From contig MNXW01000314.1 in assembly GCA_001871515.1 (NCBI GenBank), forward strand, positions 1 through 53,774: a DNA stretch of 53,774 nucleotides. The letters are read 5' to 3'. Positions within the stretch are counted from its first letter, which is position 1, and every line of letters begins with the position of its first letter. This DNA is from Comamonadaceae bacterium CG2_30_57_122 (GTDB lineage: Bacteria; Pseudomonadota; Gammaproteobacteria; Burkholderiales; Burkholderiaceae_C). This document shows, piece by piece, positions 45,536 through 53,774 of the stretch. A model generated the notes under the pieces. The model made no database searches. It worked only from the letters and a program-made list of their open reading frames with translations, and had not been told where the DNA came from. The position numbers and the translations under genes are program-made.

Positions 45536-47038
45536 TTACGCCAATTTTTTCAGTAGCAATTCATGGACTTGCTGCGGGTTGGCCTTGCCCTGGCTACCCT
45601 TCATGATTTGACCGACCAGCGCGTTCAACGCCTTGGCATTGCCGGCGCGGTATTCCGCCACGTTTTTCGGGTTGGCTGCCAGCACGCTGTCAACGATGGC
45701 CTCCAGTGCCCCGGTGTCGTTCATCTGCTTGAGGCCTTTAGCTTCAATGATCGCATCGACCGTGCTGGCGGGTTCGGCCCACAACACATCCATCACCTGA
45801 CGCGCGGCATTGTTCGAGATGGTGCCGTCCTGAATCCGGCCAATCAATTGTGCTAATTGCTGAGCCGACACCGGGCAAGCGCTGATGTCTGATTCACTGG
45901 CGTTCAAACGCTTTGAGACCTCGCCCATGATCCAGTTTCCCACCAACTTGGGTTGGCCGCAGGCCTGTGCAGCTGATTCAAAATATGTAGCAACATCCCG
46001 GCTTTGTGTAAGGGCTGCAGCATCATAATCAGACAAGCCATAGGTGGCCGAGAAACGTGCTGCCATGACACGTGGCAACTCGGTCATGCCGGCGCGAACA
46101 CGCTCCACCCATTCCGGCGCAACCACCAGCGGGGGCAGATCCGGGTCGGGAAAGTAGCGGTAATCGGCGGCATCTTCTTTGGTGCGCATGGCGCGGGTTT
46201 CACCGGTGTCGGGGTTGAACAGCACGGTGGCCTGCTGAATGGCGCGGCCATCTTCAAGCTCGTCAATCTGCCAGCGAATTTCAAAGTCAATCGCCTGCTG
46301 CATGAACTTGAAGCTGTTGAGGTTCTTGATCTCACGCCGTGTGCCCAGCTCGGCTCCGGGTTTGCGCACCGACACATTGGCGTCACAGCGGAAGCTGCCT
46401 TCCTGCATGTTGCCATCGCAAATGCCAATCCAGGTGACGATCTTGTGCAACTCTTTGGCATAAGCCACCGCCTCGGCGCTGGAGCGCATGTCGGGCTCGG
46501 TGACAATCTCCAGCAGCGGCGTACCGGCACGGTTCAGGTCAATGCCCGTCTGGCCAATGAAGTCTTCGTGCAGTGACTTGCCGGCATCTTCTTCCAGGTG
46601 GGCGCGCACCAGGCGCACCGATTTTTTCTCCAGCACCGCCTCGGTGCCTTTACCGGTTTCCAGGTAAAACTCGACCGCGCCGCCCTGCACCACCGGAATC
46701 TCGAACTGGCTGATCTGGTAGCCCTTGGGCAGGTCAGGGTAAAAGTAATTCTTGCGGGCAAAAATGCTGCGCGGCGCAATCTGTGAGCCCACCGCCAGTC
46801 CGAATTCAATCGCACGTTCAACAGCCCCCTTGTTCATCACCGGCAGTGTGCCCGGCAGAGCCAAGTCCACGGCACAGGCTTGGGTATTGGGCTGGGCACC
46901 AAAGGCAGTTGAGGCACGGCTGAAAATTTTGGACTGGGTCGAGAGCTGGGCGTGGGTCTCAAAGCCGATGACGACTTCATAACCCTGCACCAGCAAGGAT
47001 TTGGTAGCGGGTTTTTTGGCTTGGACAGTTGCGTTCAT
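45536..47038 (-). CDS. gatB: Asp/Glu-tRNA amidotransferase subunit B
   Basis: [45 protein letters not shown]. Confidence 0.98.
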   Translation of the reverse strand: MNATVQAKKPATKSLLVQGYEVVIGFETHAQLSTQSKIFSRASTAFGAQPNTQACAVDLALPGTLPVMNKGAVERAIEFGLAVGSQIAPRSIFARKNYFYPDLPKGYQISQFEIPVVQGGAVEFYLETGKGTEAVLEKKSVRLVRAHLEEDAGKSLHEDFIGQTGIDLNRAGTPLLEIVTEPDMRSSAEAVAYAKELHKIVTWIGICDGNMQEGSFRCDANVSVRKPGAELGTRREIKNLNSFKFMQQAIDFEIRWQIDELEDGRAIQQATVLFNPDTGETRAMRTKEDAADYRYFPDPDLPPLVVAPEWVERVRAGMTELPRVMAARFSATYGLSDYDAAALTQSRDVATYFESAAQACGQPKLVGNWIMGEVSKRLNASESDISACPVSAQQLAQLIGRIQDGTISNNAARQVMDVLWAEPASTVDAIIEAKGLKQMNDTGALEAIVDSVLAANPKNVAEYRAGNAKALNALVGQIMKGSQGKANPQQVHELLLKKLA

Positions 47039-47040
47039 GA

Positions 47041-48537
47041 TCAGACTCCTTGTGGCTTGGCGGTGTGCCAGTCGGTGGCTTGCTGAAAGCGGTGCGCTAC
47101 GTTAAGCAGGCGAGCTTCAGACAGGTAGTTGCCTATGAGCTGCATGCCCACTGGCATATGCTCTGCGCCAAAGCCTACCGGCATGCTCATGCCGGGCAAG
47201 CCGGCCAGGGAGCCAGGCAGGGTAAAGATGTCTGCCAGGTAGTCGGCCAGCGGGTCGCTGTGCCCGCCCAGCTTCCAGGCCACGGTGGGTGCCACTGGCC
47301 CGGCGATCACATCGCACAGCTTGAAGGCTTGCTGGAAATCGTCGGCAATCATGCGCCGGATTTTTTGTGCCTGCAGGTAATAGGCATCGTAATAACCGTG
47401 TGAGAGCACATAAGTGCCGATCATGATGCGGCGTTTGACCTCATCACCAAAACCCTGCGCACGGGTTTGCAGGTACATGTCGTTCAGGTCGGTGTAATGC
47501 TCCGCCCGGAATCCAAACTTGACCCCGTCAAAACGGCTCAGGTTGCTGGAGGCCTCGGCTGGCGCAATGATGTAGTAAACCGGTATCGACAGCTCGGTGC
47601 GAGGCAGCGAAATCGGCACCAGCTTGGCTCCAAGTTTTTCGTATTCCTTGAGCGCCGCATCCACTGCCGCGCGAACGTCCGGGGCCAGGCCTTCACCAAA
47701 AAACTCGGCTGGGATGCCAATGCGCAGGCCGACCAGATCGTCGTTCAGGGTATGGGTGAAGTCTTCGCTGGGCACGTCCAGCGAGGTTGAGTCGCGGTCT
47801 GCATCAGGGCCACACATGGCGCTGAGCAACAGGGCGCAGTCTTGCGCCGTGCGGGCCATGGGGCCGGCCTGGTCCAGGCTGGACGCAAACGCCACCATGC
47901 CGTAGCGCGAGGCGCGACCATAAGTGGGCTTGATGCCGGTCACGCCGCAAAACGAGGCCGGTTGGCGAATCGAGCCACCGGTGTCGGTGCCGGTGGCGGC
48001 GGGTGTCAGGCGTGCAGCAACGGCGGCGGCGCTGCCGCCCGAAGAGCCCCCCGGGGTGCGTGTGCCATCCCAGGGGTTTTTAACTCGGCCATAGGCTGAA
48101 TTTTCATTGGCCGAGCCCATGGCGAACTCGTCGCAATTGAGCTTGCCCAGGGTCACCATGCCAGCACCAGAGGCCGCCCCTGTCACGCCAGCGCCTAGCC
48201 GGGCCACCACCGTGGCATCAAAAGGCGATTGGTAGCCCTTGAGCATTTTGGAACCCGCCGTCGAGGCGAAACCGCGCGTGACAAAGATGTCTTTGTGTGC
48301 CACCGGCACGCCTTCAAGCACACCAGCTGTGCCGCTGGCCAGCCGGGCATCAGCCGCGCGGGCTTGCGCCAGCGTCACGTCTTCCTGGGTGTCCAGAAAA
48401 GCACCCAGTTCGCTATGGGCACGCCCACGCGCCAGGAAATGCTGTGCGGTCTCCAGCGCCGAGACCTGGCGTGTCGCCAGCGCCTTGGCCAGTTGGGCCA
48501 CGGTCAGATCGTGCAGATCAGAAGAGAGTTGCGTCAT
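47041..48537 (-). CDS. gatA: Asp/Glu-tRNA amidotransferase subunit A
   Basis: [46 protein letters not shown]. Confidence 0.98.
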   Translation of the reverse strand: MTQLSSDLHDLTVAQLAKALATRQVSALETAQHFLARGRAHSELGAFLDTQEDVTLAQARAADARLASGTAGVLEGVPVAHKDIFVTRGFASTAGSKMLKGYQSPFDATVVARLGAGVTGAASGAGMVTLGKLNCDEFAMGSANENSAYGRVKNPWDGTRTPGGSSGGSAAAVAARLTPAATGTDTGGSIRQPASFCGVTGIKPTYGRASRYGMVAFASSLDQAGPMARTAQDCALLLSAMCGPDADRDSTSLDVPSEDFTHTLNDDLVGLRIGIPAEFFGEGLAPDVRAAVDAALKEYEKLGAKLVPISLPRTELSIPVYYIIAPAEASSNLSRFDGVKFGFRAEHYTDLNDMYLQTRAQGFGDEVKRRIMIGTYVLSHGYYDAYYLQAQKIRRMIADDFQQAFKLCDVIAGPVAPTVAWKLGGHSDPLADYLADIFTLPGSLAGLPGMSMPVGFGAEHMPVGMQLIGNYLSEARLLNVAHRFQQATDWHTAKPQGV

Positions 48538-48559
48538 GATATTTAAGTGTCCGTACCAA

Positions 48560-48859
48560 TTATTCGATCACCCGGGGAACCAGGAACAAGCCGTCTTCAA
48601 GTGCCGGGGCGTTGCGCTGGTTGGCTTCGCGCTGGTTGGGTTCGCTCGCCACATCGTCGCGTAGGCGCAGTGCCACCTCATGCAGGATGTCGGTGGGATG
48701 CGCCAGCGGCGTGATGCCGGTGGTGTCCACGGCGCGGATTTTTTCCACAATGCCAAAAAAATCATTGAGCTGCGGGCGCAAACGTTCGCGCTCTTGGGGT
48801 GACAAGCCCAAACGGGCCAAATGGGCCAGGCGGTCGATATCAGAAGCTGAAAGTGACAT
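48560..48859 (-). CDS. gatC: Asp/Glu-tRNA amidotransferase subunit C
   Basis: [28 protein letters not shown]. Confidence 0.95.
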   Translation of the reverse strand: MSLSASDIDRLAHLARLGLSPQERERLRPQLNDFFGIVEKIRAVDTTGITPLAHPTDILHEVALRLRDDVASEPNQREANQRNAPALEDGLFLVPRVIE

Positions 48860-49048
48860 GGATAGGCAATCGAAACAGGGTGTAAATGAGGGCCAAAGTG
48901 CAGTGGTTCAAGCCGTTGCCCAGGGGCAATGGGGTATTATCCTGCCTTTGAGAAGAGCCGCGCTAAAGTGCTGTTTTCAACAATAAAACACCCTTTTGAC
49001 CACGTTAACGGGCGACATGCGGGACGAACTGCCTGGTGTGCCCAATAG

Positions 49049-50101
<1,053 letters not shown>

Positions 50102-50116
50102 GCGGGTCACGCAGCG

Positions 50117-51037
50117 ATGCCTCTCGGTACGCTGAACGGCAGCCCGCCACCGTTTTTCAGGCAAGGTCCGTCGGCGCTTTCCAAGTTGATTGTTTTCAGT
50201 GCCCTGGCGGTGCTGTTGATGGTGGCCGATGTGCGTTTTCGCGTCACCCAGCCGCTGCGCGGTGTGGTGTCAAGCGTGCTCTACCCCTTGCAATGGCTGA
50301 TGCTGCGCCCGGTGGTGTGGGTACAAAACACCAGCCAGCATTTTCAGTCGCTCAGCGACTCCCAGGTCAAACAGGCCGCTGCCCAGTACCAGCTGGGGTT
50401 GCAGTCCCAGCGTGCCTTGCAAGTCGAGCAACTGGGGTTTGAAAATGCCCGCTTGCGCGATCTGCTTGGTTTGCGTGAACGCGTCAATGTGCCGGCTCTG
50501 GCCGCCCAGGTGCTATACGACGCGGCCGACCCCTTCACCCGCAAAGTGGTTATTGACAAAGGCTCTCTTGCAGCGGTGCTGCCCGGTGCACCGGTGCTTG
50601 ATGAGACTGGCATCCTGGGGCAGGTCACGCGGGTTTATCCGCTGGTCAGTGAAGTGACGCTGCTGACCGACCGCAACCAGGCCATTCCGGTGCTTAACGT
50701 GCGCACCGGGGTACGCGGCCTGGCCTTTGGTGAATCCAGTGCCCGTACCGGCAGGTTGGAGCTGCGCTTCATGGATGCCAATACTGACATGCTGGTTGGC
50801 GATCTGCTCACCACCAGTGGTGTGGATGGGGTTTATCCCCCTGGTTTGCCAGTGGCGCGGGTGCTCAAGATTGAACGCCAAGTCGACTCGGCGTTTGCGC
50901 GCATTGAGTGCCAGCCTTTGGCCAAAATGAATGGCAGTCTGCATGTGCTGGTGCTGCATCCAGCTTTTGACCAGGCAACAGCCCGGCCAGAAAACCCTAT
51001 GAAAACCAGCAAAACCGCCAAAGGAATCAAGCCATGA
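50117..51037 (+). CDS. mreC: Rod shape-determining protein MreC
   Basis: ENARLRDLL, GDLLTTSGVDGVYPPGLPVA; synteny. Confidence 0.95.
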   Translation: MPLGTLNGSPPPFFRQGPSALSKLIVFSALAVLLMVADVRFRVTQPLRGVVSSVLYPLQWLMLRPVVWVQNTSQHFQSLSDSQVKQAAAQYQLGLQSQRALQVEQLGFENARLRDLLGLRERVNVPALAAQVLYDAADPFTRKVVIDKGSLAAVLPGAPVLDETGILGQVTRVYPLVSEVTLLTDRNQAIPVLNVRTGVRGLAFGESSARTGRLELRFMDANTDMLVGDLLTTSGVDGVYPPGLPVARVLKIERQVDSAFARIECQPLAKMNGSLHVLVLHPAFDQATARPENPMKTSKTAKGIKP

Positions 51038-51564
51038 TCATGCCGCGTGGTCAGCAGCTCTTGTTGCCGGTGCGCCCCTTGTTCATTTGGAGCAGCTTGG
51101 TGGCTGCGCTGGCTCTGAACATGCTGATCAACATGGGCTTGCTGGGTCGCGCGGCCTGGATGCCTGACCTGCTGGCGCTGGTGCTGGTGTTCTGGACGAT
51201 TCATCAGCCCCTGCGGGTCAGCATTGGCGCTGCATTTGTGCTGGGCTTGCTCATGGATGTGCACCAGAGTGCGTTGCTGGGTCAGCATGCACTGGCTTAT
51301 GCCAGTGTCAGTTTTCTGGCTATCACCATCCACCGGCGCGTGCTGTGGTTTAGCGTGCCCACTCAAATCGCCCAGGTGTGGCCCATTTTTGTGGTGCTGC
51401 ATGGGTTTATCCTGGTGGTGCGCATGTTGGCGGGTGATGCCGCACCGGGCTGGTCGATGCTGTGGGCACCCTGTATTGAAGCGTTGTTGTGGCCGGTGGT
51501 CAGTGTGTTGTTGCTGTGGCCGCAGAAACGCCCGCCTGACACCGATGCCAACCGCCCCCTGTGA
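51034..51564 (+). CDS. mreD: Rod shape-determining protein MreD
   Basis: PDLLALVLVFW, GLLMDV...LLGQHALAY; synteny. Confidence 0.94.
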   Translation: MIMPRGQQLLLPVRPLFIWSSLVAALALNMLINMGLLGRAAWMPDLLALVLVFWTIHQPLRVSIGAAFVLGLLMDVHQSALLGQHALAYASVSFLAITIHRRVLWFSVPTQIAQVWPIFVVLHGFILVVRMLAGDAAPGWSMLWAPCIEALLWPVVSVLLLWPQKRPPDTDANRPL

Positions 51565-51603
51565 AGTGACGCTGAGACGCGTGGCTGTAGACACCGGATT
51601 GAC

Positions 51604-53586
51604 ATGACCGTATTTCGCAATGTTGAGCTTGATTTGTTGCGCTTTCGGCGGCGCGTGCTGGTGGCTACCGTGGTGGTGCTGGTCTGCTTTGGGTTGCTGG
51701 GCGCACGCCTGTTTTACCTGCAGGTGATCCGCCACACCGACTTGCTGGCTCAGGCCGAAAACAACCGCACAGCGGTGGTGCCTATCGTACCCAACCGGGG
51801 GTTGATTCTGGACCGCAACGGCATTGTGCTGGCCAGCAATTATTCGGCCTACACCCTGGAGATCACGCCTTCCAAGGTGGACGATCTGGAGCACACCGTG
51901 AACGAGCTGGCACAAGTCATGGACATCACGCCACGCGACCGCAGGCGGTTTAAAAAACTGCTTGAAGAGGGCAAGAACTTTGAGTCGATTCCCCTGCGCA
52001 ACCGCTTGACCGACGTAGAAGTGGCGCGCTTTGCGGCTCAGCGCTTCCGCTTTCCCGGCGTGGACATCAAGGCGCGGCTGTTCCGCAGCTACCCCTATGG
52101 TGAACTCGCCAGCCACGTGATTGGCTACATCGGGCGCATCAATACGGCTGAAAAGGAAGTGCTGGACGAGTCAGATAACCCGGCCAACTACCGCGGCACC
52201 GAATACATCGGCAAGCTGGGCATCGAGCAAAGTTACGAGCCCATGTTGCACGGCATCACCGGGGTCAACGCCATGGAAACTTCGGCCGGTGGTAGGGCCA
52301 CCCGCCGCTTGAGCAGCCAACCCTCGACACGGGGCGACACGGTCAAGCTCTCGATCGACATCAAGCTGCAAAAGCTGATTGAAGACATGTATGGTGAGCG
52401 TCGCGGTGCCTTGGTGGCGCTGGATCCAAAAACCGGCGAAGTGCTGGCTTTTGTCAGCAAGCCCACCTTTGACCCGAACCTGTTTGTCGAGGGCATCGAC
52501 CAAGAGAATTGGCAGCTGCTCAACGGCTCCATTGACAAACCCCTGCTCAACCGGGCGCTGCGTGGCACCTACCCCATCGGCTCTACCTATAAACCCTTCA
52601 TGGCGTTGGCGGCCTTGACCACGGGCAAACGTTCAGCCAGCGCGCTGATCAATGACCCTGGTTTTTTCATGTTTGGTGGCCACCGTTTTGGCAGTCCTGA
52701 AAATGAAAAAGGCGGCATCATGGACATGCACCGCGCCATTGTGGAGTCCAGCAACGCCTATTTTTATTCCCTGGCCAACGAGCTCGGAGTGGACACCATC
52801 CACGACTTCATGGCGTCGCTGGGCTTTGGCCAGATCACCGGCATCGACATCAACGGCGAGGTGCGCGGCGTGTTGCCCAGCACCGACTGGAAACGCAACT
52901 ATTACAAACGCCCCGAGCAAAAAAAATGGTACGCCGGTGAGACCATCTCGCTGGGCATTGGCCAGGGCTACAACAGTTTCACGATGTTGCAACTGGCACA
53001 GGCCACTGCAGTGGTGGCCAACAACGGCATCAAACACCAGCCGCATCTGGTGATTGCCACACATGATGCCACGGCACGGGTGAATGTGCCGGTGCTGCCC
53101 GCACCGCCGGTGAATCTAGGCCTCAAGCTCGAGCACATCGAGGTTATCCGCCGTGCCATGGTGGGGGTCACACAGCAAGGCACCTCGACCCGGGTGTTTG
53201 CCGGCGCGCCCTATTTGAGCGGTGGCAAAACCGGCACCGCTCAGGCGGTGAGCCTGAGCAAGAACGAAAAATACAACGCTGCCCACATGGAAGAGCGCAA
53301 GCGCGACCACTCGCTCTACATTGCCTTTGCACCGGCCGAAGACCCCAAAATGGCCATCGCCGTGATTGTGGAAAACGCCGGCTTTGGCTCCACCTCTGCT
53401 GCGCCCATTGCCCGGCGCGCATTTGACTATTGGCTGCTAGGCCAATACCCCAACCCGGCTGACCTGGCGGCGGTTCGCCTGGGCCAGGCCACCGCACCCA
53501 TCGGCAAACCCTTGGCTGCAGCCGAGGTGGCTTGGCCACGCACGTCGGCAGCGAGTGCACCGGCGGCCAGTTCAGTGCAGCGCTAG
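51604..53586 (+). CDS. mrdA: Penicillin-binding protein 2
   Basis: STYK (SxxK), SSN (SxN) and KTG motifs; N-terminal TM; synteny with mreBCD. Confidence 0.96.
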   Translation: MTVFRNVELDLLRFRRRVLVATVVVLVCFGLLGARLFYLQVIRHTDLLAQAENNRTAVVPIVPNRGLILDRNGIVLASNYSAYTLEITPSKVDDLEHTVNELAQVMDITPRDRRRFKKLLEEGKNFESIPLRNRLTDVEVARFAAQRFRFPGVDIKARLFRSYPYGELASHVIGYIGRINTAEKEVLDESDNPANYRGTEYIGKLGIEQSYEPMLHGITGVNAMETSAGGRATRRLSSQPSTRGDTVKLSIDIKLQKLIEDMYGERRGALVALDPKTGEVLAFVSKPTFDPNLFVEGIDQENWQLLNGSIDKPLLNRALRGTYPIGSTYKPFMALAALTTGKRSASALINDPGFFMFGGHRFGSPENEKGGIMDMHRAIVESSNAYFYSLANELGVDTIHDFMASLGFGQITGIDINGEVRGVLPSTDWKRNYYKRPEQKKWYAGETISLGIGQGYNSFTMLQLAQATAVVANNGIKHQPHLVIATHDATARVNVPVLPAPPVNLGLKLEHIEVIRRAMVGVTQQGTSTRVFAGAPYLSGGKTGTAQAVSLSKNEKYNAAHMEERKRDHSLYIAFAPAEDPKMAIAVIVENAGFGSTSAAPIARRAFDYWLLGQYPNPADLAAVRLGQATAPIGKPLAAAEVAWPRTSAASAPAASSVQR

Positions 53587-53772
53587 GAGACTGTCGGACT
53601 TTCGGCATCGAAGCGTTCTCGAAGAGCGGCGTAGCCAAATTCGACCCCAGCGAGGGCAGTTTTTGCCGGATTTGCTGGCTCATAGCCGTAGCTATGGGCC
53701 AAAAAGACGGTAAAAAATGAACCGCTGCGGTTGGATTACAGCCGATGTACCGAAAGTCCGACAGCCTCCTAG
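53583..53772 (+). mobile_element. MITE family A, copy 3
   Basis: CTAG-flanked, 19-bp TIR with one mismatch; left CTAG contains the mrdA stop codon. Confidence 0.9.
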
Positions 53773-53774
53773 CG

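Overview
Betaproteobacterial chromosomal window, probably Comamonadaceae (Rhodoferax-like; inferred from gene content and repeat style). Housekeeping flanks (radA, diheme cytochrome c/cytochrome b with a QseBC-like pair, ilvE, waaF, hybrid kinase plus HD-GYP, CpxRA-like pair, ampG; then xth, pyrE, gatCAB, mreBCD, mrdA) surround an AT-richer ~27 kb exopolysaccharide locus (16.4-43.3 kb). That locus is the main finding. It has a cellulose-synthase scaffold (bcsD, bcsP, two bcsQ, bcsA, bcsB, bcsE), but BcsA has lost most catalytic and c-di-GMP-binding motifs while keeping an intact ORF, BcsC is a short TPR stub, and a GH18 hydrolase is present instead of bcsZ. The locus also encodes an intact PgaC/IcaA-like GT2 with a small membrane partner and a PgaA-like TPR/porin, three paralogous CE4-like deacetylases (one degenerate), and an AlgI/F/J/X (Wss-like) O-acetylation module. 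My inference is a Bcs scaffold repurposed for a modified GlcNAc-type polymer. At least four MITE-like families (some nested), REP-like repeats, two pseudogenes, PmrA/QseB and CpxR boxes and a candidate sRNA are also visible. No tRNA, rRNA, CRISPR, integrase or transposase was seen. All family calls come from recognising motifs by eye; no database searches were run.
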